Below are positions 1-12,467 of a stretch of 64,000 nucleotides of DNA, piece after piece. Origin of the DNA: Octopus sinensis (taxonomy: Eukaryota). The number at the start of each line of letters is the position of its first letter. The stretch's first letter is position 1. The stretch spans positions 104,904,001 through 104,968,000 of the forward strand of contig NC_043004.1 of NCBI RefSeq assembly GCF_006345805.1, given 5' to 3'. The position numbers were made by a program, and so were the translations under genes. The notes beneath the pieces were generated by a model that saw nothing but the letters and a program-made list of their open reading frames with translations, was not told the DNA's origin and did not search any database.

Positions 1-49
1 GCATTTGGTGATGATTTTGTCAGCTCGTCACCTTAATTAATTAAGGGTT

Positions 50-190
50 TCTATTATAGGCACAAGGCATGAAATTTTGTGAGAGTGGGGGGTATTCAGT
101 CGATCACAGTGCTCTTAACTGGTACTATTTTATCGGACCGAGAGGATGCAAGGATAAGAATTTGAACTCGGCAGGAAGAAATGCCACTAT
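50..190 (-). mobile_element. SINE family B fragment (degenerate)
   Basis: Reverse complement of the aggcacaaggcctgaaattt...gtcgat...ctggtact...gaatttgaactc motif set seen in better-preserved copies at 1262-1487 and 32218-32450. Confidence 0.7.
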
Positions 191-359
191 AAAATAAAGA
201 CGAGATGAGAGAGACATCAAAATATACCATTCTGTGGGAAGCAGGGATGGTACCGAGTCGATCTATTTTCAGACCTTTAAATGACTCGCTTCCTTTATTT
301 ATTAATACAATATGTTTGTCGTGGGTGGAAGACATATTGAGTAAAGGGAAATAACTAAA

Positions 360-880
360 ATAAGTAACAAGCAGTAAGTGGGAAGGGGATGGTGGGAGAC
401 CGAGAAAGGAGGAGAGGAGGGTGCGAAAGAGACAGATAGAGAAAGTGAAAGGGAGAAAGAGAGAGGAAGAAAGCGGAGAAGGAGAGAGTCAGAGAAAGCG
501 AAACACAGAAAGACAGAGAAAGAGAAACGGAAAGAGAGAGAGAGACAATGAAGAAAAACGGAGGAAAATAAAGAGGAAGAGAGGCAAAATAGACTGAGAG
601 AAAAAAAGAGAAGGTGGATAAACAGAGCAAGAAAGAGAGAGAGAGAGAAATAGGAACCAAGAGCGATAGCGAGAAAGAGAGAGAGAGAAATAGGAACCGA
701 GAGCGATAGTGAGAGAGAGACGATAAAAACCGATATCAAAAGAGAAAGAGAGGGCGATAGCGAGAGATGATAAAAACCCGATAGGAGAAGAGAAAGAGAG
801 ACAGGGATAGAGAGAGAGAGAGAGGGAAAGAGATGAAAGAGGTGGAGGAAGGAAAGAAAGAGGAGGAGGCTCATATAATA
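360..880. repeat. Purine-rich (GA)n low-complexity tract with internal tandem duplication
   Basis: Almost pure A/G; the unit gagagagagagaaataggaacc..gagcgatag recurs at about 630-720. Confidence 0.9.
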
Positions 881-1261
881 AAAATAACACACGTTGCAAA
901 ATAATGTTTAAAATATTTAATAACTGATGTCGCTGCATTGGCAAAGAGCAGAAAGCTATTCTATTTATGCGAATGAATGTCGAAAATATGTAGGATATGC
1001 AATTAAAAATAAATATACCAGTGTGACTGACATCGGCGCACTTGTAGAACGCCCACCTTCCCTTGCCCTTATCTTTCCAGAAGGGATTCATTCAGAAATG
1101 TCAAAGAGACCTTTAATTTTTAAATTTTTTTTCTTTATTTCCCGGATTTGTTTAAGATCCTTTAAACAAACATTGCGAATGTATAGGGGTTTGTTTATTT
1201 AGCCCTAGGTGAAACGTGGTCTAGTAAACCCATGAACAAAAGCGTTCCAGCTGTGCCCATC

Positions 1262-1487
1262 CTGTCATAAGGTAGTAACGCCGGGCGAAATGCTTAGCAG
1301 TATTTCGTCTGCCGCTACGTTCTGAGTTCAAATTCCGCCGAGGTCGACTTTACCTTTCATCCTTTCGGGGTCGATAAATTAAGTACCAGTTACGCACTGG
1401 GGTCGATATAATCGAATTAATCCGTTTGTCTGTCCTTGTTTGTCTTCTCTGTGTTTGGCCCCTTGTGGGTAGCAAAGAAATAGGTAT
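1262..1487 (+). mobile_element. tRNA-like SINE family B
   Basis: cgccgggcgaaatgcttagc...gagttcaaattccgccgaggtcgactt (B-box-like GTTCAAAT)...gtttggccccttgtgggtagcaaagaaataggt; many copies in the window. Confidence 0.9.
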
Positions 1488-1554
1488 TAAAGACAACAAT
1501 ATCTAATAATGCATCTTTTTATTCTTTTCTTTTTTTTCTTCTTAAACTTGGCTG

Positions 1555-2330
1555 CTGGGGGAAGAAGCTTGCTTTGGAACTATGTAGTTACGGGTTCAAT
1601 TCCACTTCAAAGCAACTTGGTCATGTGTCTTTTACTACAGCTCCATATCAACCACTGACATATGAGAGAATTTAGTAAACGGAAACTGTATGGAAGCCTG
1701 CCTTATACATATATATATTTGTGTGTGTGTCTTTCTGTCTGAGTTTGTCCCCACCACCGCTTAACGACAGATGTTGGTTTTTACTCTTTTACTCTTTTAC
1801 TTGTTTCAATCATTTGACTGCGGCCATGCTGGAGCACTGCCTTTAGTCGAGCAAATCGACCCCAGGACTTATTCTTTGGAAGCACGTCACCATCGGTTGT
1901 CAAGCGATGTTGGGGTGGGGACAAACACAGACAAAACATATACACACACACTACATACTATATATATATATAATATATATATATATTATATTATATATAT
2001 ATATATAATATATATATACTAATATCGGCGGGCTTCTTTCAGTTTCCGTCTACAAAATCCACTCACAAGGCTTTGGTCGGCCCGAGGCTATAGTAGAAGA
2101 TACTTCCCAAGGTGCCACACAGTGGGAATGAACTCGGAACCATGTGGTTGGTAAGCAAGCTACTTACCACACAGCCATTCCTGCGCCTACGTTTATTTAT
2201 ATCCCCGTAACTTCGGACAAAAAGTCGAATAGAATAAACAATTACAAGGTTCGGTTTATCCGAGTGGGAACACTTTGAGGCGGTGCCCCAGCATGGCCGA
2301 AGTCCTATGTCTGAAACAAGTAAAAGATAA
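1555..2330. mobile_element. Nested and inverted SINE family A copies
   Basis: Degenerate + copy at about 1555-1790, - copy at about 1790-2190, + tail at 2190-2330. Family A = ggcgcaggagtggctgtgtggtaag...ggttcagtcccactgcgtggcaccttgggcaagtgtctt (similar to the CORE-SINE motif gaccttgggcaagt), an internal TA/TG microsatellite and a gtaaaaga tail. Confidence 0.85.
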
Positions 2331-2459
2331 TACATAATAACAAACGAAAGAAAGGGGATTCAACGCATTTATTGGGAGTTACATGTGTTATTCAAAACTT
2401 TCTGATTTCATGCTACTTCAAGTTTCGAAGGCCCTAACGGAGCCTTTCCTGTCAGCCTG

Positions 2460-2517
2460 GTGTGTACATATACACACGCATACATACATACATACATACA
2501 TACTACATACATACATA

Positions 2518-2551
<34 letters not shown>

Positions 2552-2579
2552 CATACATATATATTATATAATATATATA

Positions 2580-2619
<40 letters not shown>

Positions 2620-2660
2620 TTTTACTGTTTTACCTATATATATATCTATATATATATATA
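2460..2660. repeat. (TACA)n/(TA)n microsatellite
   Basis: Directly visible. Confidence 0.95.
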
Positions 2661-2765
2661 CCGGAGTAAACACATAAATGTGAAACAAGGTGGAAAAAAG
2701 AATACTCAAATACCAGTGGTAGAGTATAATGGCTTTATTTAAAGCAGCAGAAAATTCAACAAAAC

Positions 2766-2803
2766 CTGTTACTCTGAGTTTCCCGTTGCCGTTCGTCGGA
2801 CAG
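2766..2803 (-). ncRNA. Candidate minimal type I hammerhead ribozyme, CCGACGA core variant
   Basis: Minus strand reads CUGU-CCGACGA-A-CG GCAA CG-G-GAAAC-UC A GA-GUA-ACAG: helix I CUGU/ACAG, GNRA-capped helix II, helix III ACUC/GAGU, GUA triplet. Confidence 0.6.
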
Positions 2804-2807
2804 TTTT

Positions 2808-3120
2808 TGCTGCGTGGCATCTTGGGCAAGTGTCTTCTGCTATAGCCCCGGGCCGACCAATGCCTTGTGAGCGGATTTGGTAGACAGAAACTGAAAGAAG
2901 CCTGTCGTATATATGTATATATATGTATGTGTGTGTGTTTGTCCCCTTAGCATTGCTTGACAACCGATGCTGGTATTTACATCCCCGTCACTTAGCGGTT
3001 CGGCAAAAGAGACTGATAGAATAAGTACTGGGCTTACAAAGAATAAGTCCCGGGGTCGATTTGCTCGACTAAAGGCGGTGCTCCAGCATGGCCGCAGTCA
3101 AATGACTGAAACTGTAAAAG
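2808..3120 (+). mobile_element. SINE family A, 5'-truncated
   Basis: tgcgtggcatcttgggcaagtgtcttc...ggccgcagtcaaatgactgaaac. Confidence 0.85.
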
Positions 3121-3158
3121 CGTATATATATAGAATATATATATATAATATATATATA

Positions 3159-3209
<51 letters not shown>

Positions 3210-3214
3210 GACGG

Positions 3215-3365
3215 GACTTGTTTCAGTTTCCGTCTACCAAATCCACTCATAAGGCTTTGGTCAGTCCACGGCTATAGTAGAAGACACTTTCCAAGGGTGC
3301 CACGCAGTGGGACTGAACCCGGAACCATGTGGTTGAGAAGTAAGCTTCTTACTACACAGCCTATA
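3215..3365 (-). mobile_element. SINE family A head
   Basis: Reverse complement of the family A 5' half. Confidence 0.85.
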
Positions 3366-3442
3366 GGTATAGGTATATGTATATATGTATATATATATAT
3401 ATATATATATAAATTTACTAGCTTCCTATTTCATTATGTGTG

Positions 3443-3489
<47 letters not shown>

Positions 3490-3636
3490 CACTTGTGTAG
3501 CTAGAGGGTGGCAGATGAGGTGGTGTGCTCCGGGCGGCATTTTTATGGGGACATCACCACTTTTGGGTCTGCTGTCCCGAGGGCAACAAACTGAAGGGGC
3601 CGCCACAGGCGGCACACATTCTAGCTACGCTTGTGA
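3490..3636. mobile_element. Possible degenerate hAT-type MITE
   Basis: Ends cacttgtgtagctag / ctagctacgcttgtg are imperfect inverted repeats; a related ctccgggcg core occurs near 32990. Confidence 0.35.
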
Positions 3637-3640
3637 TATA

Positions 3641-3839
3641 CAGTAATACCTCGCCATATCGCGGTTCACCTATCGCGGTTTATTATTTCAGCTTATGTCG
3701 ATTCCTCCGTGGTGTTGTTTTGCATTCATAATAAAATAAATATATACAAATTATAAAAATAATTGTTTCTACTTCGCAGATTTTCACCTATCTTGGAATG
3801 GGGTGGAACGTAACACCCGCGATAGTCGAGGCATTACTA
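3641..3839. mobile_element. Tigger/pogo-like MITE
   Basis: TA-flanked; TIRs cagtaatacctcgccatatcgcgg / ccgcgatagtcgaggcattacta; about 200 bp. Confidence 0.7.
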
Positions 3840-4199
3840 TATACATCAGTACAACAGCGACAACAGCATACTGGATTGTAACACTGGCATAAGCAGATGT
3901 AAAACGCTTTATTCCGCGTTGCTCTCGTACTGTGTGGGGACCGGCATTTCAAAAAGAATAGACCCAATATTTCCTCTGCGTGTCGTAAAAAAAAAAAGGC
4001 AACTAAAGGGGGTTGAGGTAAGATTGGCTCTACGACCTCATAAAAAAAACCCTCACCAGCAACAACTACCGAAAACAGATCGATGAGTTGGAGGGTTGTC
4101 GCCTGGGTGGGGGCATAGGTGTCATCCGCCAGGAGAAGGGGAATTACCAACAAACCGTTGATGCAGCGACGCCTTATTATAACGCATGCCCTTATAATA

Positions 4200-4220
4200 A
4201 TACTACTACTGCTGCTACTG

Positions 4221-4290
<70 letters not shown>
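4200..4290. repeat. (ACT)n trinucleotide microsatellite
   Basis: Directly visible. Confidence 0.95.
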
Positions 4291-4292
<2 letters not shown>

Positions 4293-4492
4293 TCTATCTA
4301 TCTATCTATATTCATAGTCAACGTGACTACTTGCCTTCCTTACACACACATACGCACATACGCACTCACACATACACACATCCATATATATATATATAAT
4401 TTGGAATATAATATATATATATATAATCAACGGACAACAAGAGGACGTGCACAAAAAAATGTATTAGCTTGACGCTTGGTGAAAAGAGAGAG

Positions 4493-4525
4493 TTTAACAT
4501 TTCGAGTATAGATCATCGTCGGAAA
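4493..4525 (-). ncRNA. Decayed minimal hammerhead-like motif, CCGACGA core
   Basis: Minus strand reads UUU-CCGACGA-U-GAUC UAU ACUC-GAAAU-GUU-AAA; helix II and C15.2 are mutated. Confidence 0.3.
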
Positions 4526-4819
4526 AGACAAAGGGAAAAGTCCAAATTGCTCATGAACGCTGTTTTTTATACCTACCACAGACTGCTCAAAGCTTACAAA
4601 CTTCCTACACTTTGATCCTTGGCTCTTATAATAACATGTCGATATAATATATAAATATATATATATATATGTGTGTGTGTATGTGTGTGTGTGTGCGCGC
4701 GCGCGTGTGTGTGTAATAAAGTATGTTTGTTTTCTAATTGCGAGGGTAACTTTAGTTGATACATGTATAATATATATATATCATATATATTATATAATAT
4801 ATATATCTATATATATATA

Positions 4820-5498
4820 CGAGGGTGAGGCAAAATTTATATGCACTCATGTTTTTTCAATGTATTTACGCAAAGCAGGGGACAACAAGTACGTCATTTT
4901 TTTTTATATAGCCTCCTTCCTTTTCGATGCACTTGGTCCAGCAGCCTACAAGCATGCGTATTCCCTCCAAGAAGAAGACTTTTGGTTAATCGTGCAACCA
5001 TCAATGCACCGCTTCCTTCACATCTTCATCCGAAGGAAATCGACAACCTCGTAAACCATCTTTGAGCGGTCCAAAGATATGATCGTCGGAAGGAGCGAGA
5101 TCTGGACTATAGGCAGGGTGTTCCAGCACCTCAAAACCCAATTGGTTAATGGTTTCAACGGAGTGGGTGGTATGTAGGCGTGCATTGTCATGCAACAACA
5201 AAGCTTTCTTTCACGATAGGCCTCGGCGTTCGGTGCAAATTGCTGGCTTCAGTCTGTTGGCCAACAAAGCACTGTATCTTGCACTGTTGATCGTAAACCC
5301 CTTTTCCAGAGAAATCGGATCACTGCTCTTTGTTCTTCTTTGGTGCACATTGTTAGTGGAGTGGTCAGAAAGCCAGAAAGAAAAATGGCGCGACTAGGCT
5401 CAAACTTCGATCACGTGACCACAACAGTACCAAATATAAGCACACGCATGCGTAAAGATATGTTGTGACGAAAGTGCGGATAATTTTTGACTTCCAGG
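4820..5498 (-). mobile_element. Internally deleted mariner (Tc1/mariner) remnant
   Basis: ORF 5001-5201 has LLHDNARLH and HPAYSPDLAPSD motifs; degenerate TIRs ta|cgagggtgaggcaaaatttatatgcact and agtgcggataatttttgacttccagg|ta. Confidence 0.9.
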
Positions 5499-5785
5499 TA
5501 AAATCCAGGTTATATATATTTCCTAGCTAGCAGATCCTCTGATGAAATAATTACTCAAAGAGAGGTACTCAGCTAGCTACTAATCAGACCAAACATACCT
5601 TAATTATATGAAGGTTACACAGCCGTTAAGGAATCCCAAGTTAACTCATCGAAGATATAGTTATTGTTCCCGAACGTTGTTTTTTTTTTATACGTACCAT
5701 GGATTGCTCAAAGCCTATAAACTTCCTACACTTAGGTCCTTAGCTCTTATAGTTACACATCGATAATATAGATAGATAGATAGGG

Positions 5786-5826
<41 letters not shown>

Positions 5827-6029
5827 GCAGACAGACAGGCAGACAGAGATGTAATATATATATATATAAGGTATAGAAATATCATTATTTCTAATTCTCT
5901 CTAAAGGAGATTACGGCAGCGGTACTGGATATTAATAGTTATCGCCAAGCTAATATGGCAATCCAGGAAAATAGGACGAATGTGGCCGTTGGTTAGCTCC
6001 AAGATGCCATCGCCTCTAGCTAGCTATTT

Positions 6030-6208
6030 GACACACGAACCTGTGTCCATTATAACCTTTGGACAGGGGAGATCAGCCTGCTGGATTCGGCCACTCCACA
6101 TTGATAAGAGGCAACTACCTCGAAACTAGTCAGTGGATGCCAAACCAGCAAAGGGAAGCTGCTGACCTCCCCTGTTCGAAGGTTATAATGGACACTGGTT
6201 TGTGTGTC
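6030..6208 (+). repeat. Fold-back element (48-bp arms) enclosing a decayed hammerhead motif
   Basis: 6030-6077 pairs with 6161-6208 with few mismatches; loop contains UCCAC-A-UUGAUAA-GAGG CAACUA CCUC-GAAAC-UA-GUC-A-GUGGA (6095-6137). Confidence 0.7.
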
Positions 6209-7137
6209 ACATATGGCGATAACTATGAATATATAAAGTGTGTTTGTTTTCTTATTGCAAGGATAAAGTTAGTTCATAAAAGATTTTGAACTCACTGCAT
6301 TACATGTGCGACACTATAGCATGTGAGTATTGAACAAGCAGAACATAACGCAGCTTCATAAATAAAACACAATGATTTGCATAGTCTGATCCATACTTGA
6401 AGATCTCGCATATCTATTGCAAATTGTTTTTTGCCACTGGCTGAATTGAACTCGGTACTGCAAATTAAAGGATCGTTCGTTAAATCAACAGTGCGGCAGC
6501 AGTTTTGTAACGACCTGTTTTTCTTAACCTGATGTACCTATTTACAACAATTTAGACTGAACCATTTGATAATTAAAGTGTTTTAAGCACGCAGTGCCAG
6601 GGAAATACGAACGACCGCCTTTAGGCCATCCCTGTGCCCACAAAGCGATAAGGGTTGTAACTAAACACCGTAAGATATCTTTGTCCGGTATCCTATCGAC
6701 CTCCTTGTTCGTACAATAGTAAAAGCATTTATTGTGAAGTGAATATTAAGATGACGTCAAAGAAGACCCAGCGACTGGCGCCAAAATGCTTTAAACCGGC
6801 TCTGTCTGTGTTGTGGGGTGTTTCTTGGGGGACTTTATAAAAGAGTAAGCATATATTTATTTGAAATTACGTAGACAAGTTTCTCGGTTGTACAGATATA
6901 ATGGCGCTACCTGTTTAAGCAAGGCCTGAAATGATATTGACGACATTCTGACTAGGAGTTATGTGAAGTATAATTTTCTTATATATCATCATAATAAGTT
7001 GAGTACTATGTTATATACATTGTATTATATATATATTATATATATATATATATATATAATATATATATATAATATAATATATATATATATATAATATTCA
7101 ACAGATTGGTATTAACAGTGGATCATATAGTAAATAG

Positions 7138-7520
7138 GCAAATGTGGTGAGCTGACAGAATCGTTAAGCACGCCGAGCGAAATGCTTAGCGGTATTTCGT
7201 CTGCCGCTACGTTTTGAGTTCAAATTCCGCCGAGGTCGACTTTGCCTTTCATCCTTTCGGGGTTGATTAAATAAGTACCAGTTACATACTGGGGTCGATG
7301 TAATCGACTTTATCCGTTAGTCTGTTCTTGTTTGTCCCCTCTGTGGGTAGTAAAGAAATAAGTATTTCGTCCGTTTGCACATTCTGAGTTCAAATTCCGC
7401 CGAGGTCGACTTTGCCTTTAATCCTTTCGAGGTCGATAAATTAAGTACCAGTGAAACACTGGAGTCGATGTAATTGACTGGTCCCTTCCCCCAAAATTTC
7501 AGGCCTTGTACCTTTAGTAG
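7138..7520 (+). mobile_element. Two tandem SINE family B copies
   Basis: tggtgagctgacagaatcgttaagcacgccgagcgaaatgc... followed by a second partial copy from about 7360. Confidence 0.85.
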
Positions 7521-8239
7521 AAAGGATATTGTAAATAGTCAATTATTGCTACACACTTTTCGTTGTATGTGTGTGTAGGCGTGTTTCTGCGTGTACGTGT
7601 ATTACTGCGTGTGCGCGTGTGTATGTGTGATGTGTGTGTGTATGTATGTCTAAATATTTTTTGATGTGTGTATATAATTATCATAGTAGACAGACATATA
7701 AACCAATTGATAATAATTATGTAGGCTTTCTAGTTTCTATTGTGTGTGTGTGTGTGTTGTGTGTGTGTGTGTGTGTGAGTAAAGTAAAATGTTGCGCGTA
7801 TGTGTACGTATGTGTGACAAGTGTGTGCGTGCACGACGCATATATGAGCGTATCTATTTCCGCGGTTGAATATTAATATATATATACATGTATAGATAAA
7901 TAGACATCATACAGGCATATACACACATATGTGGGCGGGAAGACCAAAAATGTTGTTTATCACGCAGCTTTGCAATACGTTCCAAATAAACAAATTATAT
8001 CATTGTTTTGATGAAAACCGTTAATTATTTGTAAAATATTGTCCAAGTTTATTAAAATTTAATATGTATTCAATGCATAAAGAGTATTGTTGGGCCCAAG
8101 GCCCAATGAAGAATCCTCCGCAGGAGCTAGCTTACAAGCCAGGGCGGCTTTTAAGGTAGTACATATATATATATATATATAATATATGTCGTTTTTGTCA
8201 TAAAGCATTAAAAGAGAATGACTCTCCCAGACACAATAA

Positions 8240-8560
8240 TCTATATATATATATAAAGATGAGAATGTGTGTCTGTCTGTGTGTCTGTGTGAATCCCTAC
8301 AACTTGAGAACTACACAACCAATTTCATTCAAATTTTACACATGCCTTACTTAGTGTCCATGTAGTGTCATAGGCCCAAAATTTTTATAGTTCTTGCCTT
8401 GTGCGAGCCCAGAGTAATATCATATCTCCTCCACTATTTCAGTATTACGTGTCAAAAGTGAAACAATAACATCTTTCTATTGTAATGTCAGTCAGATATC
8501 ACTTTAATAGTTTCACTTTAATACTCAAACTATTATAGTGAAACTATTATCTCACATATA
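8240..8560 (+). mobile_element. Helitron-like non-autonomous element, 3'-truncated
   Basis: A|TCTATATATATATAAAG 5' end followed by a tgtctgtctg tract, as in the complete copies; no CTAG end found. Confidence 0.45.
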
Positions 8561-8696
8561 TACAGGCATACATACGTATATACATACATATATAACATAT
8601 ATATATTATGTGTATATATATATGTGTGTGTGTATACATCTGCACAATGTATATATACAGATTGAGATATATATCTGATAATATATATATATTCTA

Positions 8697-8753
<57 letters not shown>

Positions 8754-9137
8754 CATAATATTAGGGAGTAAATCCAAACTTACAGGGAAAATAGATTTAG
8801 GTTAAATCCAATTTTATAGGTATAAATATATTTATTTAAATTAGAGATAAACCCACTATTAGGCAAATCAACAGTGAAAATCATAAGCCAATACATAAAA
8901 AAAATTAATTAATAAAAATAAATATAAATATAATAGAATATAAGATATCAAATTCCAATATATAAATATTTAATTGAAGTTAAAATTTTAAAATTATTTA
9001 ATAATTTAAACTTATAATTTTAAATATATATATAGTAATATTAATGAGACAAAAACCTATTGGATCAAATCAAACAAAGAAAGACTTAATCCAATACATA
9101 CAAAAAAATTTTATATAAATTAAATAATATAAGATAT

Positions 9138-9183
9138 CCACTACGATCGTTTCTTGTCACTTCTATTGACATTCATCAGGTGG
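9138..9183 (-). ncRNA. Minimal type I hammerhead ribozyme
   Basis: CCAC-CUGAUGA-A-UGUCA AUAGAAG UGACA-A-GAAAC-GAUC-GUA-GUGG; palindromic helix III ACGAUCGU. Confidence 0.8.
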
Positions 9184-9256
9184 GTTCAGACCTTCTTGCC
9201 AGTTTTAAACTATGAGTAAGTTTTCTCATTTTAAAACTGGCAAAGAGGTCTTGAAA

Positions 9257-9300
9257 CCACCTGATGATGTCAATAAGTGACAAGAAACGATCGTAGTAGG
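9257..9300 (+). ncRNA. Minimal type I hammerhead ribozyme (inverted partner copy)
   Basis: CCAC-CUGAUGA-UGUCA AUAAG UGACA-A-GAAAC-GAUC-GUA-GUAGG; small indels relative to the partner. Confidence 0.65.
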
Positions 9301-9479
9301 ATATCAATAATTATATTTATCTTTATATAAATATTTTTGGATTGGATTAAGTCTTTCTTTGTTTGGATTTGCATAATAGTGGTTTTGTCTCTAATTACTA
9401 TAAATATATATTTTACTATAAAATTGGATTCAATCCTAAATCTGATTTTTCCCTGTAAATTTGGATTATTCCCTAATCT

Positions 9480-10532
9480 TTATATTATATAATATATAGA
9501 TAATAAATATATATTTTATTTTATTATTTTATTATTTTATTTCATTTATTTACTTTTTTTGTTTGTATATATATTTATCAAAAAGTATTAAAAGTTTAAT
9601 ATAAGAGACTATTTATCTATATTAAACTTTTAATACTTTTGATAGTTAATAATTGTGGCAAAAAAGTAAAAAAAAATAAATAAATAAATAAATAAAATAA
9701 AATAATTAAAAAAATTTTTTTTCTAATAATAAAAAAATAAAATATATATAATATATATTTAAAATTATAAGTTTAATTATTTAAATAATTTAAAAATTTT
9801 AACTTTAAATATTTTTATATTTGAATTTTATATTTTATTATTTATATTTTATATTTTTTTAATTAATGTGTTTCTATTATGGCTTATGATTTTCACTGGG
9901 TGGATGTGCCTAATAGGGTGGTTTATCTCTAATTAATATATATATATATATATATATATATAGATATATATATATATATATATATTTACACTGGTATATA
10001 TACATGTATATGTATAGATGTATCAGATAGACTATATGTATCACATGTATATGTGTAGATGTATATCTATCCTCTATACTATATAATATATATATATATA
10101 ATATATATATATAATGTACCTGTAATATGTACATATATATACACATTTAACATGCCACCATATTACACCCATACACTCACACATATACATAGGTGCAGGT
10201 GTGGTTGTGTGGTAACAAACTTCGTTCCAAAACACATGTTCCTGGGTTCAGTACCACTGTATGGAGACTTAGCATGTCTTTTGCTATAGTCTCAGACCAA
10301 CCAAAGCATTGTCAGTGGATTTCGTAGACAGAAACTGAAAGAAATCAATCGTATATATATGTGTGTATATATGTAAGTGTATGTGTGTGTCTTTGTCTCT
10401 GTGTTTCTCCCTCATCACTGCCTCACAACTGCTGTTCGTTTATTTACATCCCCGTAACTTACTAGTTTCACAAGAAGAAACTAATAGAATAAGTACCAGG
10501 CTTATCATAATAAAAAAAAGCACTAGAGAGTG

Positions 10533-10575
<43 letters not shown>

Positions 10576-11554
10576 ATATATATAATACACACAAACATAT
10601 TTGCATGTATGTATATGTGCATATTCATATCTATTATGTAAAAGTCAATGTCTTTATGTGTGTTCGTGTATTATTTATACATTCGAAAACTACTGCACCG
10701 ATCCTTATGAAATTTAGAACACAAAATCCAAGCCTATGTATGTGTTTCATTACAATTTCGTGGACCAAAATTACTGAATGGATCCTTATGAATTGGAACT
10801 TAGATTAATGCATAAGGGCTGGTATAATGCAGTATGTTTGGTTTGAATTTGAGATGGCTAAAGGGGGCAGAACCCCCCCCCCCCATGAAAATTCATAAGT
10901 GTTCGATGTTGATGAAATTTCAACCATGGGTAATTGACACACATCAAGAAGTATTCTCAAAGTTTCCACTTCCCATGAGGATTCTAAGACCCTCTAATTT
11001 TAGTCATTTTTTTATGAACCAAAACTCGGTCAAAATTTCTGAATGGTTTTTTATGAAATTTGGAAATTATATTCTAAGCATAAGAGCCATAACCCCCATG
11101 AAAATTCATACATTTTTGCTGTTGATGAAATTTTAACCATAGATATTAGACACAAATGAAGTAATATTTCTAAAATTTCATCTTCTTAGAAGTTACAAAG
11201 ACTCCTTCATGCGGACTTAACACCCACAATTTAGTCATTTTATCTACGCAAAGGCGAATACAATTGTAANNNNNNNNNNNNNNNNNNNNNNNNNNNNNNN
11301 NNNNNNNNNNNNNNNNNNNNNNNNNNNNNNNNNNNNNNNNNNNNNNNNNNNNNNNNNNNNNNNNNNNNNAATATATTATTAATATATATATATATATATT
11401 ATATATTTATTTTATTATTTTATTATTTTATTTCATTTATTTACTTTTTTTGTAAATTATATAATTATCAAAAAGTATTAAAAGTAATATAAGAGACTAT
11501 TATCTTATATTAAACTTTTAATACTTTTTGATAGTTATATAATTTGCAAAAAAT

Positions 11555-11585
<31 letters not shown>

Positions 11586-12424
11586 TAAAATAATTAAAAA
11601 AATTTTTTTTCTAATAATAAATAAAAATAAAATATATATATATATATATTTAAAATTTATAAGTTTAAATTATTTAAATAATTTTAAAATTTTTAACTTT
11701 AAATATTTTAATTTGAATTTTATATTTTATATATTTATATTTTATATTTTTTAAATTAATTTTTTTCTATGTATTGGCTTATGATTTTCACTGTTTGATT
11801 TGCCTAATAGTGGTTTTATCTCTAATTTATATAATATATATATATATAGATATAATATATATATATATATATATATATTTACACATGTATATCTACATGT
11901 ATATGTATAGATGTATAAATATAGATGTATATGTATACATGTATATGTGTAGATGTATATATATTATAATATATATATATATATATTAATATATATATAT
12001 TATATGTACATGTAATATGTACAGATATATATACACATTTATATACATGCACACATATTACACCATACCTCACACATATACATAGGTGCAGGTGTGGTTG
12101 TGTGGTAACAAACTTCGTTCCAAAACACATGTTCCTGGGTTCAGTACCACTGTATGGAGACTTAGCATGTCTTTTGCTATAGTCTCAGACCAACCAAAGC
12201 ATTGTCAGTGGATTTCGTAGACAGAAACTGAAAGAAATCAATCGTATATATATGTGTGTATATATGTAAGTGTATGTGTGTGTCTTTGTCTCTGTGTTTC
12301 TCCCTCATCACTGCCTCACAACTGCTGTTCGTTTATTTACATCCCCGTAACTTACTAGTTTCACAAGAAGAAACTATAGAATAAGTACCAGGCTTATCAT
12401 AATAAAAAAAAGCACTAGAGAGTG

Positions 12425-12467
<43 letters not shown>

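Larger units (their letters stand above)
8760..9930. repeat. AT-rich nested inverted-repeat complex with a central palindrome carrying two hammerheads
   Basis: About 9040-9215 pairs with 9220-9395; 8761-8835 is inverted at about 9400-9480; 8840-9030 is inverted at about 9730-9930; many small indels suggest noisy long-read consensus. Confidence 0.8.

Noticed and set aside
302-1091. Long Ser/Leu/Phe-rich ORFs
   Set aside because: Antisense translations of the GA-rich low-complexity tract.
1262-1340. tRNA gene
   Set aside because: The tRNA-like head belongs to a multi-copy SINE; no cloverleaf or acceptor stem is evident.
5539-5570. CUGAUGA followed by gagagg
   Set aside because: No GAAA and no helix II; at best a heavily decayed ribozyme.
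6745-6850. TGACGTCA (CRE-like) motif, tataaaa and a gtaagc donor
   Set aside because: Short motifs expected by chance; no linked exon could be established.
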